Assembly: GCA_951406725.2 (NCBI GenBank)
Contig: OX597834.1
Location: 4,836,001-4,900,000 of the forward strand
Source: Octopus vulgaris
Taxonomy: Eukaryota
Direction of reading: 5' to 3'
Length of the DNA stretch: 64,000 nt
Each line of letters begins with the position of its first letter. Position 1 is the stretch's first letter. This document shows positions 14,730 through 26,825 of the stretch, one piece after another. Position numbers and translations under genes: made by a program. The notes below the pieces were generated by a model. That model did not search any database and was not told the DNA's origin. It was given only the letters and a program-made list of their open reading frames with translations.

Positions 14730-14920
14730 CTTTTCTACTAAAGGCATCAAATTTTGGGGGAGCGAAACAACCGTTTACATCGACCTCAGTGTTTCACTGG
14801 TACTTTTTTTGTCGACTTCGGAAAAATGAAAGGTAAAGTTGAACTCGGCGGAATTTAAGGTCAGAACATAAGGATGGACGAAATGCTACTAAACATTCTT
14901 CCCGGCGTGCTAACGATTGT
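14730..14920 (-). mobile_element. SINE family B with 16-bp TSD
   Basis: CCTTACATTTAATAAT at 14714-14729 and 14921-14936. Confidence 0.85.
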
Positions 14921-15664
14921 CCTTACATTTAATAATAACTTTTAAATTAATAACGTTTTGATTAAATATTCTTCAATTTAAAACCTTTCATGCTGCTCAC
15001 ATCCCACCCTAATTCTCGTGTCGTTAAGCAGACAGAAGATAAAACTAACTTTGGATATTTATGATTTATTAGAATCAGGTTATTTATATTTGTTTTCTTT
15101 TTTTAACGCCACTCACTCGGAAGTGAAAGATCAGATACAATGAACATTTCATCGTATTCGACACTAGTGAAATAAGCTTTTCTATTATTGACGCAAAGCT
15201 TGAAGAATTTTGAGAGAAAGGGCAAGTCAATTATATCGACCCAGTACACAACTGCTACTTATTTCATTGACTTTGAAAATCCATGTTTGTGGAATTTGAA
15301 CTCAGAACGTAAATAGGAACGAAAGAGAATAAATTGTAAACATTATATTTAATGGTAGACCAGGCCAAAATGTTTGCAAAATTGTAGGCTGCTAAAGGTT
15401 CACAAGTATTGGAACGTCAGAATAAACCAGAGATCAGAAACCACCGCGGCAAGTCTATGATTCTCCCATACATAAATTTGGCAGATATTTTGGAGCTAGA
15501 ATAACATTTTGGCATATATTTTGGAGCTAGAATAACCTTATTATTAAAAATATCTTCTATTTTGGACATAATTTTGGTGCTAGTGACAAGAGAACTACTT
15601 GTCGGTTGATTGTCAAGCGTACTTTAAACCCAACTTCATGCTAAATTGTTTCATTTATGGATAA

Positions 15665-16045
15665 CTAGCAGTATCACCCGGCGTTGCTCGGGTTTGTAAG
15701 GGAAATAACTATAAAGCATTTTTAGAGAGTTATAGCCAAAAAATAGCAAAAAAATGGGAAAAAAATGATGGTAAATTTTTTTGAGAATTAAAAAGGTCGA
15801 GTTGCGTCCCCTAGACAGTTTGCGGTTTGTGTTTCTGATTCTCGACCCCACGTCGAATTTATCGATTTTTTTCAGAACTGGGGGAACTTTTCAAAATTTT
15901 CGCTGCGTTAGTTTTGAATTATGACATTGGGCTATGTGTGTGTCAAGTTTCATCAGAATCGGTTGAAAGCCGTGGTCAGGGTGAGGGTACAACCTAACAG
16001 ACACACAGCCACACACACAGACAAACTGCCGTTTATATAGAGAGA
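15665..16045 (-). mobile_element. Non-autonomous Helitron, complete
   Basis: Minus strand starts A|TCTCTCTATAT and ends ACCCGAGCAACGCCGGGT hairpin-GATACTG-CTAG|T; inserted between A and T, no TSD. Confidence 0.85.
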
Positions 16046-17019
16046 TATACTATAAAAGCTAATAAACAGAACCATCACTTATAACGACGTTTCGTGGGGC
16101 TAAACAGTAACTATCGTCCCATCGAGGACTGCCACATTATGTTGACAAATAGTCTTTGCTATAAATGCTACATCTTGTGAAGGAGCGAGGATGAATTACC
16201 AATAGTTGGAACGGAGTAAATCGGACATTTAATGTCTTTCAACATGAGAAGTCTTTGACTATCTGATTATACAGACGTATTGATGCACTGTCATGCACCA
16301 CAGGTACAACTGTCGATAAATCAATGTAATTAACCCAAAGCCACTTAGCGGATTTCTCTGCAGCTGTGTCTACTGAAAATCAGGCTTCTTCTATGCCATC
16401 CATGTAAAATTCAATCTTTCGAGAACATTGTATATCAAGCGTCTTGCTAAAAATCATTTTTAAAGTAAAGCTGTTGAATTTGGTTGCTGAATATAGCATT
16501 TAATTAGTGGTTATTGGTCTATTCTACAGGTAAGCAGAGACTGTGTGTGAAAGGAGACTCGATGCTAACGCTGATTAAAATGTATATGTTAGCGACAGAG
16601 TCAGTTTTAATACTACCTCTGTTACTAACTTTTATTTTTAAACAAGCTAACTGGCCAACCGTGACACCAGTGCCTGTCCTGGCAGTGTCAGTCTACGTGT
16701 CGCTGGCGGGCAGATGAATCGCTGTCGCCTCTACCGGTCGATCGTCCATCATTGACAAAGCTAAACAGGTCAAAAATTACGTTATCTGGTGGTTCCGGCG
16801 CTGGAGGCAGCGGGAATTTATCTCTCCTATAGTGACATAAACAAAAGTGCCTGTTACATCAAAAACCCAATATAAAAATTTCTCTCAAGGTAACTACTGC
16901 GGCATAATTTTCTCTAACAGAACATCCACGTCTAAGCAGCGTTAAATCTTATCTTACCTCTCACTAACACTGACTTGCAGCAGAGATTATCCACTGTTTT
17001 ATTAGGTTCAACATATTCA

Positions 17020-17238
17020 ATTCTTTATTGCCCACAAGGGGCTAAACATAGAGGGGACAAACAAGGACAGACAAAGGGACTAAATCGATTACATCGACCC
17101 CACTACGTAACTGGTACTTATTTAATCGACCCCGAAAGGATGAAAGGCAAAGTCGACCTCAGAAATCAGAACATAGCGGCAGACGAAATACTGCTAAGCA
17201 TTGCGCCCGACGTGCTAACGTTTCTGCCAGCTCGCCGC
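17020..17238 (-). mobile_element. SINE family B with 17-bp TSD
   Basis: TAGGTTCAACATATTCA at 17003-17019 and 17239-17255. Confidence 0.92.
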
Positions 17239-17569
17239 TAGGTTCAACATATTCATGTTACAAATCCGCTTCCTGCTTCTATAATTGCATTTCAGCCTGG
17301 TTTATTTTAAGGGCCTGTTTTGTCCTGCAGAATGTTTCGCAAATATATCTTATAACCAAGTTCTTTGAGGCGTTCGACAGCCAAAAGTAATCCTTGAGAT
17401 ATTAGCAGCACCAGTCAGGATTTTCTAGAGGAATAACATACAATAAGGTTTGTCATTATCGAAATGTTGATGATTTCAAAGATGATGCAATTTATTTTCC
17501 ATGTCCTTTGCCCTCACAATTGCTGCATAATATCCATAGTGCAGGTATATGCATAACATTACGTAAGTT

Positions 17570-17771
17570 TACGGAGATGTACTTGCATAGCGAGTGACTT
17601 GATCTGAGATCGTGTGCTGGAACGAAAACAATTGCAGCGTGGACGGTGTTTATAAGCCATTTAAGAAACACACAAAAACCGTTAGATTCACTTCAACATT
17701 TAAATTTAATTTGTCAAAATATTTTCGTCGCTTTGAGACCGCGACTTGTTCACTGACAAAACTTCGTGCTG
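17570..17771 (-). mobile_element. About 200-bp retroposed element carrying a hammerhead motif
   Basis: TSD ATTA(C/G)GTAAGTT at 17558-17569 and 17772-17783. Confidence 0.7.
17710..17760 (-). ncRNA. Minimal type I hammerhead ribozyme candidate, G3:C8 core variant
   Basis: TTTGTCA-GTGAACA-A-GTCGC/GGTCTCAAA/GCGAC-GAA-AATATT-T-TGACAAA: 7-bp stem I, 5-bp stem II, palindromic stem III. Confidence 0.65.
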
Positions 17772-20206
17772 ATTAGGTAAGTTGGCTTTCATGTAACTCC
17801 AGCCAAGACACTATCACTAAAGTTTTCGTAAATCCCACCACAATGTGAGGTGGGTCTGAGATTTAACATTTTTTAAATTCCCAATATCTAAAATAGCGTA
17901 GATGTAATATCAAATTGCAGTTATTTCAATTTACAGTTTTTCCTACATTTAAAATATCCCGTGAACAATACGTGGAAAGATGTCCCCAGTTTCTCCCCTA
18001 CAGGAAGCCTGATCCGACAGTATTTGAAATCATACTGCCAGGGAAAAATATTATACTATATTAACAGGGTGAGGAGACCGCCTAAAATTATTAGCGGGAA
18101 GTAGTATTTTTTGTTTCAGCAACAACAGTAGTAGTAGCAGTTGATATGGTGGCTGGTGTCGTAAAATATATGAAATTCAAAGGCTTGCTTTGCGTTTGAG
18201 CCCTGTTATAAACATGATAATCAGAATGTTTACTATTTCAAAACCTAAGTCAGTTAATTACCTCAATTCAAAACAAAATTCTTTCATTTAATATATTCCT
18301 TCAGTTTCTAAGACTTCAATCTACTTTCGCTTTCGACCGTCTGGTTTCTAAAACTAATATATGTGGGTGCCATTTTGTTTCTAGCACAAAGTTGGAAATT
18401 TAGAAACAGAAACTTTTGAATATTTCTAAGTTATGTATTCTGGATAAATAATTTTAAACCAATTTAAATAGTCTTCTTTGTAGTGTAACAGGAACATTAT
18501 AAATTTTAAAAGCAAAATCAGTAAACGAAACACAGCAATTGGTATGTATCTTGTAACAAAGGACTATAGAGCGAATAGTTTTCACCAATACTAATCAGGT
18601 AGTAACTGAATTGGCAGTGTTGATACTATTGATATTATTCAATAAAATTTACGTATCGGTACACAACATTATTAAGAAACACTAAATAACTATTTCTTTT
18701 GAATAATAAAAATATAGCCTTCTGTGTTATTGTTAATAACCAGTTTAGTATATTTCGATTATTTTATAAATCATATCAAATAATACTGCAAATAGAAGAT
18801 CATTGAACCAAAGACTAAACACTATATTTTGACCCCTATCTCTGATCTAAGATCTCAGACAAGATAAAACATTTGTTTGAATTTGATTCTAATTTCTATG
18901 AAATGAACTTAAGTTGATCCCATTTTCTGCTCATCCCTCTAAACTTTGTAGCATTCTACGAAAGAATTTATTGTAGAGCACTCAACAGTGGTGAGATGGG
19001 CAAAAGTGTTGACTGTTAGAATACAATCACCGCACATCTCGTTTTTGGTTCCTCATTGACAAGTCTGATAAATCAGCAAACAATCATACGCTACATTGTA
19101 TATCCCATCAAATTTATGCTCTTTCAAAAGCTATATCACGTGGTGCCACTTTAGTGAATCTGTAGAAATGCAATTCACATTTATAAATATATAGATGTCT
19201 GTGCATGAGTGCGTGTATGTGTATAGGGCAAGTTATATCATGTAGAAAGTCGACGTACCAGAATGTTCTTCTCTCATAGTTCTTGTATCTTACTTTCTCT
19301 TCTAACTCTAGCAGTAACTATTTACAGGTAAACCTCAGAAAATGAATAAAAGACGGAGACTAAAGCTAAGTAGCAAATTTAGTGGCTGCTTAATGACTGA
19401 ATTCTTTACTCGTTTTATATTATTCACCATTTTTTTTATTTCTTTACTTCAACACTTGGCTCTGTTTCATTTTGTTTTTAAGCAATTCTACATTTTTAGT
19501 AATCTAATGGCGAGAAAAATATTAGATTAGCTGAGTTCTTGCTGGCAGCGATAAGATGTCGAATAGTAACATCAAGGATCGGTGAACAATCGAACAAATT
19601 CAATATAATCTTAATGCAAACGCACATACAAAAAGACGGGGAAACACTGATAATGTAAATGTGACTGAAGAGTAAGAATAATGGCTAAATGATTGTAGAG
19701 ATCTAACACTACACGCTTAAAGAGAAGAAACTTTGAAATAGTTAAATAGTAAAATAGCCTTCTGAAATAAAAATCAAATAAAATAGACACAAATTTGGAA
19801 TAAAGTTGAATACTTTACTTAAATGTAACTGCGAAAAAAAAAAAAATAATAAATAAATAAAGAAAATAAAGAATTCCGTTTCGTTCTATTTTCTGAGCAG
19901 TTTTTAATCAAATTTGGTGTTTGCAGTAAGTCTCAAATTTTGTGTAACCAGGTTCGAACGCCAGATTGCCTGTAGAGGAAATACAATTTTTATTTTCCAA
20001 TTTCTGGTATCTTGTTTCTTTGGTGTCAACACTTTCAACTATCGTGCATTGCTATAAATATTATTCTAATACTGTGTGTTAACTAATGTTGTGTAATGAA
20101 AAACCAATTTTGTAGAGCGACTTCCAGTAATTCGTTGCTATATATTCAGAGGACATGTAAGAGGCTGTGTCTCAATAAACCATGTAAGCGGGGAATACAT
20201 TTATAC

Positions 20207-20440
20207 CTATTTCTTTACTACCCACAAGGGGCTAAACACAGAGGTGACAAACAAGGACACACAAACGGTTTAAGTCAATTATATCGGCTCCAGTGTGTAA
20301 CTGGTACTTATTTAATCGACCCCGAAAGGATGAAAAGGCAAAGTCGACCTTGGCGGAATTTGAACTCGGAACGTAGCGGCAGACAAAATACCGCGAAGCA
20401 TTTCGCCCGGCGTGCTAACGTTTCTGCCAGCTCGCCGCTT
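20207..20440 (-). mobile_element. SINE family B with 17-bp TSD (1 mismatch)
   Basis: AGCGGG(G/A)AATACATTTA at 20187-20203 and 20442-20458. Confidence 0.9.
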
Positions 20441-20529
20441 TAGCGGGAAATACATTTAAACCATCTACATCACGAATGTCATTTCATAAACGATGATTTC
20501 GTACCTTGCTAATCCTCTCCTTAATGTTG

Positions 20530-20860
20530 ATTTCACATTTTGGCACAACACCAGCAATTCCAGGGGAGTGAGACACGATGATTACAACTGGCACTTACTC
20601 GCGAAACGATCAAAGACAAACTTGACTTGAGCGGAATTTGAACCCAGAACGGAAAAACGGACGAAATGCCGCTAAGCATTCTACCCGGCGTGCTACCGAC
20701 TCTACCAGCTCACCACGCTATTCTTCCTTAGTATTAGATTTTAGTTTTGTAGTTCATCCTTTCGGAGTCGATAAAATAAGTACCATCTGAATACTGAGGT
20801 CGATGTAATCGACTTAGCACCTCACTAAAATTTCTGGCCTTGTGCCAAAAATTTGAAATC
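20530..20860. mobile_element. Two diverged SINE B pieces in opposite orientation
   Basis: Minus-strand copy about 20530-20716; plus-strand 3' half about 20753-20860. Confidence 0.7.
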
Positions 20861-21205
20861 CGTATTAAAGTTATTAAACTAATCATGCTGCTGGATGTCT
20901 AATTAACATCACACACACTTAATTGGCCTAACACAATGTAACTAATGCCCTTATATTGTTTTAATCTTTTATTTGTTTTTGTTACCAGACTGCTGCTCTG
21001 GTGGTGCACTGCCATGCTGAGTCTGGTCGGACAAACCAACCTCAGAACTTATTTTATAGGAAACTATTTGTCGAACTGTTAAGTTGCGCGATGGGGGCAT
21101 AAACGAACCATCTGCTGTCAAGTAATGGTGGGGAGTAACAAAAACGCAAAGACACACAAAGGTACATATACGTGTACTCAACACTTACACACACACACAC
21201 ATATA

Positions 21206-21578
21206 TTGTTGGTCTCCCATGCTGATGAAGAAAATAGTTGGTAAAGTATAATTCTATATTCTTTACACCGATCTAATTCCGAAACGCGCGTACATGGGTG
21301 ACCTGATATTGATTGATTTCCGTTGCCTTTCCCCTCTGTCTGTGTGGATTGTTTTCAAGTACTTTGGTTTTTCTGGGAGTCCCTTTTTAAAGTAGAAGAA
21401 ATAGCTAAGGTTTTTGGCTGCTATTTCTAAACTTCGGTATGTGGTAAAGCAAATCTTTGCTGAACCCTAATTATAAAGTATTACTTAAGTTTACCGTGAA
21501 ATGGTCCTTTTTCATGCCGAATTCTACTTGGTGGAATTATTGATTAATTCTTAATTAATTAATTTTACCCTTTGTTAT
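21206..21578 (+). mobile_element. PLE-like non-autonomous insertion (family H1)
   Basis: Flanked by ACACACACATAT tracts; starts with an intact hammerhead. Confidence 0.7.
21211..21303 (+). ncRNA. Type I hammerhead ribozyme, canonical core
   Basis: CCCATG-CTGATGA-long irregular stem II-GAA-ACGCGCGT-A-CATGGG; stem I extends with GGTC/GACC; predicted cleavage after GUA (21292). Confidence 0.85.
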
Positions 21579-21693
21579 TACACACACATATATGTAAGTA
21601 CAGCAGGCTCTTTTGGTGTCCGTCTATCAAATCAACTCAAAAGACAGTGTTATGAAGGAAACGTGAAAGAATATAAGACGGTATAAAATACCT

Positions 21694-21766
<73 letters not shown>

Positions 21767-22126
21767 CAAAATATCACATATATATGTATAAATTTTTGCT
21801 CGTTAAAGAGCGTTTTAAATATGAATGCAAAGTATATATTCATCTAATAAGTGTATTGTGTTTACAGTTGTATTGTTTCTCAAATCTTTTATTGCATTCT
21901 TATCAGAATTTGTATTTATAGTAATCATTTTAATTCTATTTAAGCAGTATAATCTAGGATATAAAAAACCCTCAACAATGCTACATAATTTCAACGAGAC
22001 ATGACTGCTATTGAAATCTATTTTAGACAGATACGAAGAAAAAGGCTCGATAAAGCTTCAAGATATATCTTCATTCACCGTTGGTGAAGAAATTTACACT
22101 GCAGTAACATATGTTAAAATATCTAA

Positions 22127-22289
22127 CGCAGGAGTGGCTGTGTGGTAAGTAGCTTGCTTACCAACCATATGGTTCTGGGTTCAGTCCCACTGCGTGGCAC
22201 CTTGAGCAAGTGTCTTCTACTATAGCCTCGGGACGACCAAAGCCTTGTGAGTGGATTTGGTAGACGGAAACTGAAAGAAGCCCGTCGTA

Positions 22290-22337
<48 letters not shown>

Positions 22338-22556
22338 TGTGTGTGTTTGTGTGTCTGTGTTTGTCCCCTTAGCATTGCTTAACAACCGATGCTGGTGTGT
22401 TTATGTCCCCGTCACTTAGCGGTTCGGCAAAAGAGACCGATAGAATAAGTACTGGGCTTACAAAGAATAAGTTCCGGGGTCGAGGTGCTCGGCTTAAAGG
22501 CGGTGCTCCAGCATGGTCGCAGTCAAATGACTGAAACAAGTAAAAGAGTAAAAGAG
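22127..22556 (+). mobile_element. SINE family A, full length
   Basis: Matches family over the whole length. Confidence 0.92.
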
Positions 22557-23763
22557 TATATATATATATATAAAATCAAAGTTCTGATAAGAATTCTAAA
22601 ATTTAACATCCAAACCTTATTTTGGGTAGATCCCTAGTAGTGTGCCGGCAGAGAATCTTCGATTTCATCTAACGACTACCAGGCATCATATCTGCAGTAA
22701 ATGATGTTTGGTCGTTGGGTCTACGTTAGAAATTCCTCTAAGAGTATATATAAACTGAAACGAGTCAATAAAGCTAAACTTCATGACTGTTAACAATATA
22801 TTCACTTAGTGTTTGAAGATGAAGCAAATGATATATTTCTAAAGGCAAGGAAACTAGAAAGCTTGCAAGTGGACTTATATTTAAGTGAATCGGATGTGCT
22901 GACAAATTTATACAATAATTATCATAAAGTACTTGACAATTCCCCCATTGTTTCTACTAAAGCAATATTTTATCAAACCACCAATACTTGAAGTACTTAA
23001 CTTTAGCATTATATATCTGCTATATGGATTACTTTGCAATATATCGAGAGAATATATTATCACAATAGGAAGTACAAATACAGCATTATTTTTCACTGCA
23101 AAATCTAGATATGGCTTCCTTAATTAATTTTATAAATTATTTAATCTATTTATGAGTGACGACAATAAGACATATTGAACCATAGATGACACGTATTTTG
23201 TGTGATAATCTTTTACGTACATATACTTAAATATGAAGTTATTTGATTAGGAGACATTTAACTAACTATACAATCTCATTGAAAATTGCATTAAGAATGG
23301 AAAAATTAAAAGTCAGTAAAATCTAAAATATGGACACTAAAATATTCTCCATTTTCACAATAAAGAGTATTCAAATTTCAGAATTGATCATTTATATAAA
23401 AATTATGTGTAACTAACAGTGTTACATATATATATATATATATATATATATAAGAACAAAACTTCTTCCTGTGCAATGGCTTGGTAGGGCCAGTTTCCAG
23501 GATTCTGTGGTGTATATTTACCCCGTCCATTTGGTGGAAGGACAGTACGTCTTACTTCATCATGTATTTCAGCTCCCTTTTGTTTCTATAACAAGGGAGA
23601 AGAAAAAGACTCACAGAGAAATATAAGCACCCATACATACACAAACGCACATAAATATATTGTAAAGACTGTTAAATTATGCCTTGGTAGGATCATGTAG
23701 CGTACGAGTATAATTGCATTAGAAAATAAGTATTAACGCTTCTTCCTGGTGTCTTCGGTTGTT

Positions 23764-24040
23764 AACTAAGTTACGAGGATGTAAACGAAACAATACCGGT
23801 TCCCAAGTTGAGTGGGTGAGAAACACCGACACAAAGACACACACATACACACATAAATATATACACACATGCACACATATACAGACACATATACACACAT
23901 GCGACGGGCTTGTTTCAATTTCTGTTTACCAAATCCGCTTACACGACATTTATCGGCCAGAGGCACTCGCTCAAAGTACCACGCAGTAGTACTGAACCTA
24001 AAATCATGGAGTTGAGAAACAAGCTTCTTATCACCCAGCA
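23764..24040 (-). mobile_element. SINE family A, diverged
   Basis: Recognisable head and internal blocks. Confidence 0.7.
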
Positions 24041-24998
24041 TCCTCCTCCAACCATATATATATATATATTAATGAGGGTCATAATTTCATTTACTTGTTA
24101 ACCAGACAATTTACCTTATTAAGCCCATCTACGTATATAGTCTTTCTAACAGGCTGTAATCCATGTAATCCAGAGATTGTTGGCTGAGTGGAATAAGAAA
24201 GTCCTTGTATTACATCGATCAACAATTGCTACATTGAAATTCGATCTCATAAATAATGTTATGTTATGCTATAATATATGCAACGATATATTTATGAGGT
24301 CTAGAATACAATTCATTAGAATTATATATGAAATTTATTTGTAGATACTTGAATTATATGCCGTTATTCCACTTAATTATATCGACAAATTTTGTTGGAG
24401 ATAAATTCATTTTCTTAATTATGAGTATATCAATTGCTTGCGAAATGTTCAATTGTAATGTTAATAAAGGCGTTTAATCATGTCTTTTTGTCACACGTAA
24501 GTTCGTTGTTTTCTGTTTTTCAAATTTCTTATTTAATTTCCTACAAAGGTAACCGATAACACCAATTGATAATTTGACAACAAAAAATGTCGATCTTAAC
24601 AAATATAGCAGTTATATCAAAGCCGCGAGTGTAATGTTTGCGTTATTCTGACAGTATTTGGAAGGTGTGAAGTTTTAATAACACTGTATTTTATTATATT
24701 CAAGATAATCAATTACAGCGAATTTTTTCTTTATAAAACAATGTGTAATAATATCACATTTATAATAAAAATGCAAGAAATGTACAATAAGGCCTCGAAA
24801 TGGAACAATAGATGTTTATTGGTTTAATACACAGACGGGGATAAATGCACAATGTACGGAGAGGGAGAGGGGGAAAGGAAGAAGGGAAGTGAGAGAGATA
24901 ATGATAGACAAATACTAGGCGTTGAATAATCTATATTCATCCTCATTGTACGTATTAATGCATGTACCCCATACTTATGTGCATGTATATGTATATGA

Positions 24999-25400
24999 GG
25001 CGCAGGAGTGGCTGTGTGGTAAGTAGCTTGCTTACCAACCATATGGTTCCGGGTTCAGTCCCACTGCGTGGCACCTTGGGCAAGTGTCTTCTACTATAGC
25101 CTCGGGCCGACCAAAGCCTTGTGAGTAGATTTGGTAGACGGAAACTGAAAGAAGCCCGTCGTATATATGTACATATATATATATATGCGTGTGTGTGTTT
25201 GTGTGTCTGTGTTTGTCCCCCTAGCATTGCTTGACAACCGATGCTGGTGTGTTTACGTCCCCGTCACTTAGCGGTTCGGCAAAAGAGACCGATAGAATAA
25301 GTACTGGGCTTACAAAAGAATAAGTCCCGGGGTCGAGTTGCTCGATTAAAGGCGGTGCTCCAGCATGGCCACACTCAAATGACTGAAACAAGTAAAAGAG
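24999..25400 (+). mobile_element. SINE family A, full length
   Basis: Matches family over the whole length. Confidence 0.92.
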
Positions 25401-25649
25401 AGTATATGTGTGTGTGTGTTTGTATGTAAACACACATGTGCACACATATTTACGTAGACATAATTATGCATTAATATATACGTATTTATGTGTGTACGTG
25501 TGAGTCAGTGTGTGTATATGTATATGTGTATGGTGGTATCTCGTAGGTACCCTAATTTATAATTTTAATAATTATTACCTTTCAAGGTTATTTTTATCCA
25601 TGCTGACCACTTAAAATTGTTCTTTTATTTTTAAATTAATGGTCTTATT

Positions 25650-25715
<66 letters not shown>

Positions 25716-25880
25716 CATAGGCACCCGGCGTTGCTTGGGAATGAAATTGCTCCATATATATCGGGAGAAAAAAAGCAAAATATGTAGTATAGAAATTTAT
25801 TCTAAATTTAATTTTTTCTTAGATTGGGAAATTAATTCTAAATTCAAAATACAAAACATAAAATAATAATAATAATGATG

Positions 25881-25923
<43 letters not shown>

Positions 25924-25924
25924 G

Positions 25925-25959
<35 letters not shown>

Positions 25960-25993
25960 TAATAATAATAATGATAGTAATAATAATAATAAT

Positions 25994-26397
25994 AATATAA
26001 GACTAAAGCTGTCCATTAGCTCCAGAGGCCATCGCCTCTAGCTAGCTATATGACACACGAACTGCGTCCATTACAACCTTCGAACAGGAGTCACGCTACC
26101 TTGCTGGTCAGACATCTGCAGACATGTTTCAGGGTTGTTGCTTTTATCAATGCAGCGTAGTCAGACCCAGCAGACGGTAGCGACACCTGCTGGTCTGACT
26201 ACGCTGCATTGATAAAAGCAACAACCTAAAACATGTCTGCAGATGTCTGACCAGCAGTGGCGACCCTTTCGAAGGTTGTAAGGACGCAGTCGTGTGTCAT
26301 ATAGCTAGCTAGAGGCGATGGCCTCTTGGAGCTAATCAGCGACAGCTTTAGTCTTATATTTATGGACTGCCATATTAGTTTGGCGATAACTATTAAT
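25994..26397. mobile_element. Fold-back element (about 180-bp inverted arms) in (TAA)n, family H3
   Basis: 25994-26173 is the imperfect reverse complement of 26187-26360; homologous to 40372-40620; each arm has a TTGATAA hammerhead-like motif. Confidence 0.85.
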
Positions 26398-26476
26398 AAT
26401 AATAATAATAAAAGAAAATTCAAAATTTACCACTTATATGAAAGGAGATAAATTCTATCATATATATTGAAGGAAA

Positions 26477-26790
26477 TTACGTTAGAGTTTCTGGGTAAAT
26501 AACATTCTTTGTTTTCTGGTCTGGAGCATAGACAAATAACTCTTTGAATCTACCAACCGTGGACCATGAGAAAAGCAAGACTCAAGTAAATGCAAGCCAG
26601 TAAATTCCGAAGGCTGACCTTGAACTTTAAAAATAGACATTGCGCAGCAAAGTCGCATTCGGGATTGTGTTCGTTTGAATAAATGGCATGTCTGTTGGTT
26701 TGATTGGAATTATTGGAATGAAAACCTGTTTCCCAGATGCACATCCAGTGAGGTTGGTAGCTTCTATCATAATAGGGGATAAAACTCCAC
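26477..26790 (-). pseudogene. Helitron RepHel Pif1-like helicase C-terminus
   Basis: IEATNLTGCASGKQVFIPIIPIKPTDMPF / FKRTQSRMRLCCAMSIFKVQGQ...CFSHG / LFVYAPDQKTKNVIYPETLT* across frameshifts. Confidence 0.85.
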
Positions 26791-26825
26791 AATCAACCAT
26801 GTCCCATTGCATAATTTAGGAGGAT

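Larger units (their letters stand above)
20980..21645 (-). mobile_element. Old SINE A copy interrupted in its microsatellite by a hammerhead-bearing insertion
   Basis: Diverged SINE A tail half 20980-21190 and head-side remnant 21600-21645. Confidence 0.6.
25716..26790 (-). mobile_element. 3' part of a formerly autonomous Helitron
   Basis: Helicase remnant followed downstream by the hairpin read on plus as CACCCGGCGTTGCTTGGG, similar to the 15665 Helitron end. Confidence 0.65.

Noticed and set aside
16080-16145. GAAACGTC motif on the minus strand
   Set aside because: No acceptable NUGANNA core upstream
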